From Patescibacteria group bacterium (lineage in GTDB: Bacteria; Patescibacteriota; Patescibacteriia; Magasanikbacterales; UBA922): a DNA stretch of 64,000 bases. The notes below the pieces were generated by a model that saw only the letters and a program-made list of their open reading frames with translations, did no database searches and was not told the origin of the DNA. Position 1 is the stretch's first letter, and each line of letters begins with the position of its first letter. Made by a program: the position numbers and the translations under genes. The stretch is from assembly GCA_041658785.1 (NCBI GenBank), contig JBAZZL010000003.1:639-64638 (forward strand), written 5' to 3'. Shown here piece by piece: positions 18,071-27,761 of this stretch.

Positions 18071-19216
18071 TTGCGAATGAATTTTATGCTTTATTTATTT
18101 CAACTCGGACATCAGCCGCACATCTCCGTTGCTGAAATTGAAGCGGTTTTTTCTAGATTAAGCATTGGATGTAAAACAATTAAACAAGCCGGGCAAAATT
18201 TGCTTATAGAAATTCAAACCAAGCTGGATTGCGGCAAATTGATCCAACTGTTGGGGGGCACAGTAAAAATTTCAGAAAAGATTATTGAAGACAAAAACGC
18301 CATCTCTTCGCTTGTTCAGCACCTAAATAAATTGTATTCAACCGGGAAAATACATTTTTCGCTTTCTGGTAAAAATGCAAAATCAGCGGCGCTTGAAATA
18401 AAAAAAGGCTTAAAAAAAATAGGGCGGTCCGTTCGCTATATTGAACCAAAAAATACCGCCACTATCTTACATAATAAATTAGTAGAAAAAGAGGCTGATC
18501 TCGCTGTCGTCGGCAGTTCAATCTTTGTAACCCGCGCTATTCAGCCTTTTGAAGAATTCAGCGAACGGGATTATGGCCGGCCGAAGAGCGATAGCGCCAG
18601 CGGCATGCTGCCGCCCAAGCTAGCGCGGATAATGATCAATCTCTCAGGATCCAAACAAGGAGAAATAATCCTTGATCCGTTCTGCGGTTCTGGCACAATA
18701 TTAATGGAAGCGGCGTTCATGGGATATACCAATTTTGTCGGATCGGACATTGCTGGAAAAGCCATCCAAGATACTGGACACAACTTGGAATGGATAAAAA
18801 ATAATTTTTCACTCCCCAGTCTTCCTTATCGTTTGTTAAATGCCGGCGCTGCCGAGCTGGGCGAGCGTCTGGATGAGAAATCCATTGATTTTATTGTTAC
18901 CGAGCCATACCTTGGCGGCGCTCTCAAAGGAAATGAAAGCAGAGATAAATTGTCGGCGCAAGCAAAAGAATTGAAAGAACTTTATCTGGGCGTCTTTATG
19001 GTGTTTCATAAGATTCTAAAAGCAGGCGGTTCAGCCGTATTCATAATTCCTCGTTTTAGACACCAAAGCGGTTGGATCACAATTGATTGCGCGGATGAAA
19101 TTAAAAAAACAGGATTTGAAATTATCCCGCTTTCAAAAAAAGAACGGTTTTTGTTGTACTGGCGGACAAAACAACGTCTGGGGAGGGAAATCTGGAAATT
19201 TAAAAAGATCCAGTAA
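18071..19216 (+). CDS. THUMP-domain RNA methyltransferase (putative m2G methyltransferase, Trm11/RlmL-like)
   Basis: SAM motif ILDPFCGSGTIL and catalytic TEPYLGG. Confidence 0.65.
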   Translation: MRMNFMLYLFQLGHQPHISVAEIEAVFSRLSIGCKTIKQAGQNLLIEIQTKLDCGKLIQLLGGTVKISEKIIEDKNAISSLVQHLNKLYSTGKIHFSLSGKNAKSAALEIKKGLKKIGRSVRYIEPKNTATILHNKLVEKEADLAVVGSSIFVTRAIQPFEEFSERDYGRPKSDSASGMLPPKLARIMINLSGSKQGEIILDPFCGSGTILMEAAFMGYTNFVGSDIAGKAIQDTGHNLEWIKNNFSLPSLPYRLLNAGAAELGERLDEKSIDFIVTEPYLGGALKGNESRDKLSAQAKELKELYLGVFMVFHKILKAGGSAVFIIPRFRHQSGWITIDCADEIKKTGFEIIPLSKKERFLLYWRTKQRLGREIWKFKKIQ

Positions 19217-19248
19217 GGGTTTTTTTATCTGACTGTCTGCCGTGTCAG

Positions 19249-19971
19249 TTATTTTTGTAGAAAAAAATTATCAACTGCCTGCCCGACCGCGTAGCCGACA
19301 ATCGCCGCAACGCTGGCAAGTCCGAGCATCTCAAGCCCGGCGAGCCACCACTTTCGTTTTGAATACCGCGTGGTAGCAACGCCCAAAAAGAAAAGGCCGA
19401 TGAGGGTTGTAACCACAGAGATTACAATCGCCAGATGCATTTGAAAAAGAAGATAGGGGACCAAAGGAATGGTTCCGCCGGCGATATAAGAAAAGAACAT
19501 GAATGATCCATTTCGAAATGGTTTTTCAAAGTTTTCCGTGTCTACTTTCAATTCCCTATAAGTCATTTCTTTGAGTAGTAAGGCTTCATCCTTTGCCGCT
19601 TCTTCCGCCATTTTTGCCGCCAGATCCTTGGGCCAGCCGTCATCTACATACATATCAAACAGTTCATTTTTTTCATCTTTGGGAAATTTTTTTATTTCTA
19701 TTTTTTCTTCCGCGATTTTCCGTTCGTCGATAACGCGCTTTGATTTGCTGGACAAGAAAGAACCAACAGCCATTGAAATCGACTCAACAGAAACAATAAC
19801 AAAACCAGCCAGAATAACAGTAAAATGATCTTGGACACTGGCGGCGATGCCGGTAATCGCCCCCAAGGTAGAAACCATTCCATCCTCCATTCCAAAAACA
19901 ACTTCCCGCACTGTTGTTGATAAGCCGTGGTTTCTGTGGTGGATGTATTCAGGGTTGTATTCTATTGACAT
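19249..19971 (-). CDS. VIT1/CCC1 family iron/manganese transporter
   Basis: GMEDGMVSTLGAITGIA motif and C-terminal TM helices. Confidence 0.8.
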   Translation of the reverse strand: MSIEYNPEYIHHRNHGLSTTVREVVFGMEDGMVSTLGAITGIAASVQDHFTVILAGFVIVSVESISMAVGSFLSSKSKRVIDERKIAEEKIEIKKFPKDEKNELFDMYVDDGWPKDLAAKMAEEAAKDEALLLKEMTYRELKVDTENFEKPFRNGSFMFFSYIAGGTIPLVPYLLFQMHLAIVISVVTTLIGLFFLGVATTRYSKRKWWLAGLEMLGLASVAAIVGYAVGQAVDNFFLQK

Positions 19972-20105
19972 AACGGGAATAGTATATCATAAAGAAATTA
20001 TACAACAAAAATCCTCCCGAGCTTTCTCCGGAGGATTTTTTAAATTAAAATTTAACCTGAATTTTTATTTTTGTTTCACCACATATTTTTTGTTTTGATT
20101 AATTC

Positions 20106-20135
20106 CCCGTTTGTCATTCCGGAATGACAAACGGG
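20106..20135. repeat. 30-bp perfect palindrome CCCGTTTGTCATTCC|GGAATGACAAACGGG
   Basis: Read directly. The core TGTCATTCCGGAATGACA recurs at 27237, with a half-copy at 42884. Confidence 0.7.
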
Positions 20136-20145
20136 AAGCATACAA

Positions 20146-23100
20146 TTACCTAATGCCATAACCTTCCTCCGCCGCGGCCGCGCCAATGTTAAAGAATCTG
20201 AAAATCGGCACAAACTGTTCTATGAGCCCCCGCGCAATCCTGACATCAAGCAGTAAAGATGTGTTTGGCGCGGGCGAATTGCCGCCGCCGGCCGGCGTCG
20301 TCGGCTGGGGCGCTGGTGAGAAACTGTTCATCGGTTGGGGTTGAAAATCCGGTTTAACTGATGGCTGTTGAACCGGCGCGGGCTGATTGCTTTCAAACTG
20401 CCGCGGTTCCGATGCACCAAAACCTCCGTTCGGCTGGCTCATCGGCTGCATAATCGGCGTCCGGTGAGTCGGCTCGCTTATCGGCATGCGGTTGGCCGGT
20501 TCTGTCATTTTTCTTTGTTCCATCATCGGCTGGAAATTTTGCGGTTGGTTCGGCGCCGCGCCTCCGCTTTCTCCTGAACCGACGAAATCCGGTTTTTGTC
20601 CCTCAAATCTGTCGCTGGAAAAATCTTGGCCGCGAAAATCTTCCCGCTTAAAGGTGTCAACTTGCCCGCCATCTATCATCGGCCGTTCATTCATCCTCGG
20701 TTCAACTGCCGGCTGACGGTAGTTATTCTGTCCTTCGCCACTCGGCAAAGACGGCTCCTGCGGGATCATCTTTTGCGCCTGGCCATCCATTTGTTGGCGC
20801 GCTTGCTCTTCCAAAAACCGCTCCGTCTCTCGCGTAGTGTCATAATATTTTTGCATCTCTCCGTTTTTCTGCCGCTCTATGTCTAACTGTTTGGTAAACT
20901 GTCCTCTTTCTTCTTGCTGGCACCGTTCATCGCAAAATGGATTCAGTTGCACGTTCTTTTCAAAAATCTCCCCCCGTCGTTCCAAATCCTTTTGCCTAAA
21001 GTCAATCTGTTTTTGCTGGTATTCCTGTTCAACCGTCTTCCGCTCTTCTTCACTTTTTACTTCGGAAAATTTTGCCTTAAACTCTTGGTCAAATTTTTGC
21101 CGCTCTTCCTCGCTCTTCCGTCTGATTTGCTTGTCTTGCATAACATCGCGCTTCTCGGCGAACATCTGACCAAAGCCGCCTTGCCGGTTGGTTATCTCCT
21201 GCAAAATTTCCGGCGGAGTAAAACGTAGTTTGTCCTGAAATTGCGCGAACGCTTCCGGGTTCTCCATGCTGTTTAAATTTTTTACCATCATCTCGGTCTG
21301 TTTGCCAATCGCTTGATCAAAGAATTGCCCAAATCCGGGCGGGGCAAATCCCCCGGCCGTGAACGGTGGCGGGCTTGTCTCGCCGAATTGAGGCGGACCA
21401 AACCCTTCCGGCCCAACGCCCGGCGGCATGCTTTCGTTGCCGAACGGCGGTGGACCCGCCTCGCCGAACGGCGGCGGGCCAAAGAAATCATTTGGGTTCT
21501 CGGTAAATTGAGCTTGAAGTTCCTTTAAGACTTTCACGTCATCGGGATTGGTGGAAGCGATTCGTTCAAAAAATTTATCTTTCTCCTTCGCCGCCCGCTC
21601 AACGAACTGCTGTTTTGCTTCCCGCTGCATTTTTTCTATAAACTCCTTCTTACTTGGATCAAGCGCCGCCTCTTTCTCCAAATCCGCGAGCAGACGAAAG
21701 GTGGTCGGATCAGGATTAGCCGCCATCTTTTTGGACAACTCCTCAAATTTGTTCGCCATTTCTTGCGACCCGAGATCGGTAAAGGTCTCTCTGAATTTGC
21801 CAACGGCTTCTTTTTGCCGTTCTTCAATTTCCATCTTTAAATCCTCGTCTTCTGTTTTCACCCGCTGGCGAATCTCTTCCAGCGCGCGCAGTTTGCTGAC
21901 ATCCGGTCCGCCTTCTTCAAATCGGCTGAACATCCGCTCTTTCATCCTCTGCCGAAAGCCTTCATCAAACGAGGATTCTTCCGCTTGTTCCAATTTATTT
22001 TGAAAACGCCGCGCCGCAATGTCTTTGGCCATTTCCGCTTTTTCCAACAGCTCCAGCGGCGCGTCTTCCAGCTGTTTTAATTTATCAAAAATTTCCAAAT
22101 GCCGCGTCTCGTCGCCGCCCATCCCTTCGGCGTAAAGTTCAAACTGCCCGCCGCGCTCCTCGTCCGGCATTTGCGCGAAATTTTTTTTAAATCTGTTCAA
22201 TGCGTTATCTTCCGCCTGCTCCAGCGCCGCCTTGGCTTCCTCCGGCGCCTGATCGGCTATCTGCTTTAAAATTTCTAAGTTTCTAATTTCTTTAAACTCG
22301 CTCCCGCGCTGATTCTCCATTATACGATCCAACCGTTCCACCATGTGGCCGCTGTTTTTTTCCACCGCGAAAAGCACCTCGCCAACCGCGCCGGCCGATT
22401 CGTCGCGCGCTTGCTGAATTTTTTCCAAAACATTCATCCCTCCCGCCGCCCCCTCTGCCTGTACAGCAACATGATTTTCAATTTTTTCCAAAATTTTCTG
22501 CTGTTTAATCTGTTTGTCCAAAATATTGTCCAGCAGTCGGTCAACCTGTTGATCACCCGCGGCCTTTTTTTCGCGGAGCCCCTCGGCTCCATTTTTAATT
22601 TTTTCTATCCGTCCTTCAAACCTTTCCACCGCGCCGGAAACCGCCTCAAACACTTTTTGATCCGGGCCTTTTATTTCCAGCAAACGGCTGGCGTCGGCCA
22701 ATTCCTGATTCGCGTTTTGCAATCTCACCTCCGCCTTTTTCACCGGATTAAATGTAACCGCTTCCCGCAGCGCCCGGCCGAATCTTTTGAAACCATAAAA
22801 CGGGCTGTCCGGCAAAATCCGGCTTTCGTTCGTTCCCAAATCTTCCGGCCGTACCGTCTCATCAATCACTGCCGCGGCGCTCGCCGTTTCCGGCGGTTCA
22901 ACTGGCGGTTCAGTCACTTCCATAACCTGCGGCTCTTCCGGAACAGGTTGTGGCTCACTAACCTCTGTCTCCTGCGGAGCCGGACCAGCCTGTGCGTCCA
23001 TCGCCGGCGTTTCAACCGCCGCCGGAACGGACGCGCTGTCTTCGGTCTGCGCCGACACCGGCTTCACAAATAAAAAAACAGCTATCAACAATGTGATACC

Positions 23101-23187
23101 TGCCAAAAGATACAAATAGATCAGTGTAAATTCGTTTTTTGCCGAATTAGAAAAGAGAATCTGCTTCTCTTCATTATTTTGTTGCAT
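20146..23187 (-). CDS. DUF5667-family large secreted or membrane-anchored protein (1013 aa) with E/K/Q-rich coiled coil and a PPPFG low-complexity C terminus
   Basis: N-terminal TM helix, then the DUF5667 signature (LPDSPFYGFKRFGRALREAVTFNPVKKAEV). Confidence 0.7.
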   Translation of the reverse strand: MQQNNEEKQILFSNSAKNEFTLIYLYLLAGITLLIAVFLFVKPVSAQTEDSASVPAAVETPAMDAQAGPAPQETEVSEPQPVPEEPQVMEVTEPPVEPPETASAAAVIDETVRPEDLGTNESRILPDSPFYGFKRFGRALREAVTFNPVKKAEVRLQNANQELADASRLLEIKGPDQKVFEAVSGAVERFEGRIEKIKNGAEGLREKKAAGDQQVDRLLDNILDKQIKQQKILEKIENHVAVQAEGAAGGMNVLEKIQQARDESAGAVGEVLFAVEKNSGHMVERLDRIMENQRGSEFKEIRNLEILKQIADQAPEEAKAALEQAEDNALNRFKKNFAQMPDEERGGQFELYAEGMGGDETRHLEIFDKLKQLEDAPLELLEKAEMAKDIAARRFQNKLEQAEESSFDEGFRQRMKERMFSRFEEGGPDVSKLRALEEIRQRVKTEDEDLKMEIEERQKEAVGKFRETFTDLGSQEMANKFEELSKKMAANPDPTTFRLLADLEKEAALDPSKKEFIEKMQREAKQQFVERAAKEKDKFFERIASTNPDDVKVLKELQAQFTENPNDFFGPPPFGEAGPPPFGNESMPPGVGPEGFGPPQFGETSPPPFTAGGFAPPGFGQFFDQAIGKQTEMMVKNLNSMENPEAFAQFQDKLRFTPPEILQEITNRQGGFGQMFAEKRDVMQDKQIRRKSEEERQKFDQEFKAKFSEVKSEEERKTVEQEYQQKQIDFRQKDLERRGEIFEKNVQLNPFCDERCQQEERGQFTKQLDIERQKNGEMQKYYDTTRETERFLEEQARQQMDGQAQKMIPQEPSLPSGEGQNNYRQPAVEPRMNERPMIDGGQVDTFKREDFRGQDFSSDRFEGQKPDFVGSGESGGAAPNQPQNFQPMMEQRKMTEPANRMPISEPTHRTPIMQPMSQPNGGFGASEPRQFESNQPAPVQQPSVKPDFQPQPMNSFSPAPQPTTPAGGGNSPAPNTSLLLDVRIARGLIEQFVPIFRFFNIGAAAAEEGYGIR

Positions 23188-23260
23188 ATTTTTTGTTTTT
23201 ATTTTTGTTTTATGAGGATATTATAGCAGAAAAAATGGGGTTTGTCAATTGGAAAAAACC

Positions 23261-23290
23261 AAAAAACCCCACCGGTGGGGGTTTTTTGGT
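23261..23290. terminator. bidirectional intrinsic terminator AAAAAACCCCACCGGTGGGGGTTTTTT
   Basis: Perfect GC stem flanked by an A-run and a T-run. Confidence 0.7.
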
Positions 23291-23308
23291 TTTTCCGTCT
23301 TTAATCAT

Positions 23309-23641
23309 TTACAAAATCCTTATTCCGGTCTGTCTGATTTCATCAATCAACATGCTTCCCTCCTGAAAGTCTCTGGGGTGATAGCCGACCGGTTCAATAA
23401 CCGGTTGGTGGGGATCGCGGATCGGAGCCAAATAATTCCAAAGGTAACGTTTTGCTTTCCACGGATTATTAAATTTTGGCGAAACAATACAAACATCAAT
23501 GTCGCTCCATTTGTTCGCGTTTCCTTTGGCAAAAGAGCCAAAAATATACACCGACCTGATCGGTAATTTTTCTTCTCGAAGCCGGCCGACAAATTCTTCT
23601 ACTTCTTTTTTTATTTTTTTTGGTACTGTCTTTTTAGCCAT
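23309..23641 (-). CDS. minimal nucleotidyltransferase (MNT) antitoxin
   Basis: GSFAKGNANKWSDIDV motif (GSx10DxD). Confidence 0.8.
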   Translation of the reverse strand: MAKKTVPKKIKKEVEEFVGRLREEKLPIRSVYIFGSFAKGNANKWSDIDVCIVSPKFNNPWKAKRYLWNYLAPIRDPHQPVIEPVGYHPRDFQEGSMLIDEIRQTGIRIL

Positions 23642-24021
23642 AAATTATACGAGCGGCAAATTTTAAGCCACTTATTAGCATAGCTTTCCGTGCACCGCTT
23701 ATAAAAAGCGTATTTTTCATCTTCGTATCTTCCCGCGATATTGAAATCGGTAATCTCCCGAAAATCTCTCGTTTGTTTTTGGTTTAGCGCCAAATCCGCC
23801 AATGCCGCCAGTCGCGCCAAATCGTGAATGCGCGGCGGTAATTCTTTCGTCTTCAAAACCACGAGCCCCTTTAACAACTTTTCGATCGTGAGGTGAGCAA
23901 AAAATAAAGAGTCGCTATAGCGCCTGCCCTTGAAAAGATACAGCGCCGTATCCCAATTCCGGCTGGCAGAAAGGCGCCAATAGGAAATCTGTTTGCTAAT
24001 TTTCTGTGACGAAAGCTGCAT
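23611..24021 (-). CDS. HEPN-domain protein (toxin partner of the MNT)
   Basis: 136 aa helical ORF with an R-x-x-HD motif (PRIHDL). It overlaps the MNT gene by ~30 nt. Confidence 0.7.
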   Translation of the reverse strand: MQLSSQKISKQISYWRLSASRNWDTALYLFKGRRYSDSLFFAHLTIEKLLKGLVVLKTKELPPRIHDLARLAALADLALNQKQTRDFREITDFNIAGRYEDEKYAFYKRCTESYANKWLKICRSYNLWLKRQYQKK

Positions 24022-24079
24022 AACATCCTTAGTATACGAAATAATTTTAGCAAAGTCAACATTTTTTAGTTACCACCAA

Positions 24080-25222
24080 TCACGCCGATACATGAAAATA
24101 ACACACATCCCCATCCTTCACCTCATACTCTTTCCCCACCAACTGCAACACTCCTTTCTCCTTCGCGCCGGCCCAGCCGCCGCACGCGACAAAATCCGGC
24201 CACGGCACAACGTCGGCTTTGATATAACCCTTGATAAAATCCGTATGAATCACGCCCGCGGCCCCCGGCCCCTTGGTTCCCCATTTAACCGTCCACGCCC
24301 GCGTCTCCGGCTCGCCGGAAGTGAAGTAAGTAACTAAATCCAACAATTTATAACCGGCGACAATTATCTTATCCAACCCAGACTGCTCCAGCCCGCTCGC
24401 TTTCAGATACTCCCTCGCCTCCGCCGCCGTCAAATCCGCCAACTCCGCTTCCAACTTCGCCGAGATATTCACACCCACTTCGCTGTCTGTCAAAAAATTA
24501 GTTTCCTGCTTGTTTTCCCGCCAAAGCCCCGTAGCGAACGGGGTCCCGCTTCGTTGCGATGACGGGACCCCGCTCGCTGCGGGGCCAGTTTCTTCGCAGT
24601 TAAAAACATACATCATCGGCTTCATCGTCAAAAGATGCAAGTCCTTTATTGTCAGCGCTTCCTCATCGGTGTAATCCAACGAACGCGCCGACTTGCCCGA
24701 TTCCAAATGCGTGTTCAGTTTTTCCAACAATTCAATCTCCGCTTTGGTCTGTTTGTCAACGAGCCCCTTGGCCTTTTTTTTGGTATTCGCAAGGCGATTT
24801 TCCACTGTCTGCCAATCGGCCAAAACTAACTCCAAGTTGATCACTTCCGCGTCTTCTTTGGGATCAACTTTATTATGAACGTGCATCACGTTAGCATCTT
24901 CAAACGCACGCACGACTTGAACAATCGCGTCCACTTCTCTGATGTGCGAAAGAAATTTGTTGCCCAGCCCCTCGCCTTCCGAAGCGCCTTTGACTAAGCC
25001 GGCGATGTCAACAAATTTAATTGCCGTAGGGATTATTTTTTTTGATTTTGAAACATCGGCCAGTTTTTGCAGGCGTTCATCAGGAACTTCAACAATACCA
25101 ATGTTCGGTTCAATGGTGCAAAAAGGATAATTTTGCGCGTCGGCCTGCTTGCTGCGGGTGAGGGCGTTAAACAGGGTTGACTTGCCGACATTGGGGAGAC
25201 CGACGATTCCGAGGGAGAGCAT
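24080..25222 (-). CDS. ychF: ribosome-binding ATPase YchF
   Basis: G1 GLPNVGKST, a coiled-coil domain and the C-terminal TGS domain ([14 protein letters not shown]...GDV). Confidence 0.85.
   Translation of the reverse strand: MLSLGIVGLPNVGKSTLFNALTRSKQADAQNYPFCTIEPNIGIVEVPDERLQKLADVSKSKKIIPTAIKFVDIAGLVKGASEGEGLGNKFLSHIREVDAIVQVVRAFEDANVMHVHNKVDPKEDAEVINLELVLADWQTVENRLANTKKKAKGLVDKQTKAEIELLEKLNTHLESGKSARSLDYTDEEALTIKDLHLLTMKPMMYVFNCEETGPAASGVPSSQRSGTPFATGLWRENKQETNFLTDSEVGVNISAKLEAELADLTAAEAREYLKASGLEQSGLDKIIVAGYKLLDLVTYFTSGEPETRAWTVKWGTKGPGAAGVIHTDFIKGYIKADVVPWPDFVACGGWAGAKEKGVLQLVGKEYEVKDGDVCYFHVSA
24527..24587. repeat. GC-rich 61-bp imperfect palindrome (23-nt arms, 2 mismatches) embedded in-frame in ychF
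   Basis: GCCCCGTAGCGAACGGGGTCCCG / CGGGACCCCGCTCGCTGCGGGGC. It encodes ...[20 protein letters not shown]... Confidence 0.6.
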
Positions 25223-25452
25223 ATCATGATGCACGATACACGTATCACGAGTCATACACGAATTGTCCAACTGATTTGTGATGTGTTTCTAGTGACTTGT
25301 GGCGTAGTTTGTGATGAGGACGCCATTATTATGAAGAAATGGGGATTAAAAGTCAACCGCGGGTGTCATTTTGTAAATATCATCTCGATTTATTTGAAAA
25401 ACTTTGACTCTCTCTTTCTTTTTAATTATAATTGAAGACGAAGGAGGTGCAC

Positions 25453-25545
25453 ATGTTTTGGAGACAGCTATCTTTCAATTTGGGAATAGTGCTCGCCCTT
25501 TCGTTGCTGGGAATCCTACTCGGCATGCTGATCGACAAGTGCTGA
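25453..25545 (+). CDS. 30-aa hydrophobic small ORF (MFWRQLSFNLGIVLALSLLGILLGMLIDKC)
   Basis: Strong SD AAGGAGGT 5 nt upstream. Single TM helix. Confidence 0.35.
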   Translation: MFWRQLSFNLGIVLALSLLGILLGMLIDKC

Positions 25546-25559
25546 TGTCCCCACCAGGC

Positions 25560-25850
25560 CAAAGGAGGTTCCCCACAAACCACCCGACGCCTGCCCCAAT
25601 TCTGAAACAGATTCAGGGTTGAGGTAGGAGTTTCGCCGGGTGGTTTTGTTGTTGGAGGCGGGGTTTGGGCGGTAATCCGACAACCCTACCTCTGTCTCCT
25701 TCCCTTATGAAAGGAAGGAGAACCTTTTAAGAAAGTTCAACTAAATTCAATTGTTAGCCCCTTTCCATTCATAAGGGAAAGGGGTTGGGGATAGGGTTGT
25801 CGCCAAACACCCACGCACCACATTGACTTTCCCCCCAAAATCAATTATCC
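25560..25850 (+). ncRNA. GC-rich structured non-coding region upstream of tig (candidate ncRNA or cis-regulatory RNA)
   Basis: Long-range stem GAGGTAGG...CCCTACCTC. Two hairpins, CTCCTTCCC-TTATGAAA-GGAAGGAG and CCCCTTTCC-ATTCATAA-GGGAAAGGGG, whose loops are reverse complements of each other. Confidence 0.3.
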
Positions 25851-25924
25851 TATAACAACATTATCCGCATCAATTCGCGTTCGCAACTCATAAACCCTTC
25901 ACCCTTAAACCCATAAATTCAATT

Positions 25925-27211
25925 ATGCAATATTCATCCAAAAAATTAGAAAAATCCCAAATAGAAATCACCATCACCGTCACTCCTGAAGAATGCCGTC
26001 CGCACCTGGAAAAGGCGGCCCAGAGAATTTCCGTGCGGACCGCGATTAAGGGTTTCCGGCCAGGGAAAGCGCCGTATGATATTGTCAAACGCGAGGCCGG
26101 CGAGATGGCGATTTTGCAAGAAGCGCTGGAGTCAATTATTCAAAAAACTTTCTTCCATGCGGCAATAACCGAGGAAAAACTAGAGACTATCGGCATGCCG
26201 AAGATTGACGTTGACAAAATAGCGCCGGGCAATGATCTCGTTTACCGAGCTGTTGTCGCCGTTTTGCCGCTTGTTAATTTGCCTGATCTCAAAAAAATCA
26301 AAGTGGAAAAAAAAGAAGCCAAAATTGATGCTAAAAAAGTTGAAGAAACCCTTGACGCCCTTCGCGGCATGCGCGCCAAAGAGGTGATAAAACAAGGTCC
26401 TGCCCAAGGAACGGACAAACTGACGATTGATATGGACATGTTGATTGATAATGTGCCGGTGGAAGGCGGCCAAGCAAAGAATTACCATGTTTACCTTGGA
26501 GAAAGTCATTACATTCCGGGATTCAACGAGCAAGTGAAAGGGATGAAAGAAGGAGAGGAAAGAGAATTTCAACTGGATTTTCCTGTTACTCATTACCAAA
26601 AACACCTAGCCGGCAGAAGAGTTAATTTTAAAGTAAAAGCCAAGGGCGTTTACGAGCGCCAGTTGCCAGAACTTGATGAAGAGTTTGCCAAAACGTTCGG
26701 TCAGGAGAACGTGGAAAAATTGCGCGCGCTGGTTAATAACAATCTTTTGCAAGAAGCCGAACAGAAAATCAAGCAACAAACCGAGATTGATATTTTGGAA
26801 CAGCTTATCGCGAATACTGAATTCGGCGATCTGCCGGAAGTCTTGATTGATTCCGAGCGGCAAAAAATGTTTTACGAACTCAAGCGCGATCTGGAGCGAA
26901 ACGGAGTTTCTATTGAACAATATTTGCAAGACATTAAAAAAGGAGAAAAAGAACTGTTTGAAGATTTCAAAAATCAAGCCGAAAAACGCGCCAAGGCCGC
27001 GCTGATTTCCCGCCAAGTCGCGAAAGAGCAAAATATTATTGTTTCAGACGAAGAATTAGATAAAGAAGTCGAGCTTATCCGGCAGGCCTATGCCAATGAT
27101 AAAGATACGCGAGAAAATTTGAAAAAACCTAAAGTGAGAGAATCTCTCGCGGTGACGGTGCAGAATCGGAAGATAATGGAGTATTTACGAGCGGCCATAT
27201 TGTCGTCCTGA
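25925..27211 (+). CDS. tig: trigger factor
   Basis: N-terminal ribosome-binding domain (GFRPGKAP), PPIase and C-terminal domains. Confidence 0.9.
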   Translation: MQYSSKKLEKSQIEITITVTPEECRPHLEKAAQRISVRTAIKGFRPGKAPYDIVKREAGEMAILQEALESIIQKTFFHAAITEEKLETIGMPKIDVDKIAPGNDLVYRAVVAVLPLVNLPDLKKIKVEKKEAKIDAKKVEETLDALRGMRAKEVIKQGPAQGTDKLTIDMDMLIDNVPVEGGQAKNYHVYLGESHYIPGFNEQVKGMKEGEEREFQLDFPVTHYQKHLAGRRVNFKVKAKGVYERQLPELDEEFAKTFGQENVEKLRALVNNNLLQEAEQKIKQQTEIDILEQLIANTEFGDLPEVLIDSERQKMFYELKRDLERNGVSIEQYLQDIKKGEKELFEDFKNQAEKRAKAALISRQVAKEQNIIVSDEELDKEVELIRQAYANDKDTRENLKKPKVRESLAVTVQNRKIMEYLRAAILSS

Positions 27212-27254
27212 ATCCCGATTCGCATCGGGATAACATTGTCATTCCGGAATGACA
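27212..27254. repeat. hairpin ATCCCGAT-TCGC-ATCGGGAT followed by the palindrome TGTCATTCCGGAATGACA
   Basis: Read directly. The palindrome overlaps the start codon of the DUF167 gene. Confidence 0.55.
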
Positions 27255-27485
27255 AAAAGATCTATGTTCATCAAACTAAAAACCATTCCTCGCTCTTCCC
27301 GCGACCAAATAATCAAGCTCTCTGAAAACGAATACAAAGTAAAACTAACCGCGGCGCCAGTTGACGGAAAAGCGAACGATAGTCTAGTTGAATTGTTAAG
27401 CGAGGAGTGGAACATCCCAAAATCAAAAATAAAAATCGCCAAAGGCTTGGCGAGTAGAAAAAAGCTGGTTGAAATTTTAGATTAA
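27249..27485 (+). CDS. DUF167/YggU family protein
   Basis: 78 aa. The DGKANDSLVELLSEEW motif is typical of UPF0235. Confidence 0.65.
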   Translation: MTKRSMFIKLKTIPRSSRDQIIKLSENEYKVKLTAAPVDGKANDSLVELLSEEWNIPKSKIKIAKGLASRKKLVEILD

Positions 27486-27761
27486 CTATTCAGGCAAATC
27501 TATCCCGCCTCTGCTCCATGGATTACACCGCAAAACCCGCCAAATAATTTTAGGAATGCCAATAAGGATTCCTCTTTTTTTTATCACCTGGCTGGAGTAT
27601 TCACTGCAGGTTGGAAAATACTTGCAATAGCCGTGCGGGCGGACGCGCTTGGCCCAGAAACTATGATCTGGAGAGAGGATTTTTTGATACAATTTTATTA
27701 ATAAGACCATCAAGCGCCTTGGGAGAAGAAATGATTTTTTATAATTTTGTTTAATTTTCAT
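27486..27761 (-). CDS. yidD: membrane protein insertion efficiency factor YidD
   Basis: CKYFPTCSEY...RCNPWSRGGIDLP motif. Confidence 0.8.
   Translation of the reverse strand: MKIKQNYKKSFLLPRRLMVLLIKLYQKILSPDHSFWAKRVRPHGYCKYFPTCSEYSSQVIKKRGILIGIPKIIWRVLRCNPWSRGGIDLPE

Noticed and set aside
22345-23073. 242-aa plus-strand ORF
   Set aside because: Antisense shadow inside the DUF5667 gene.
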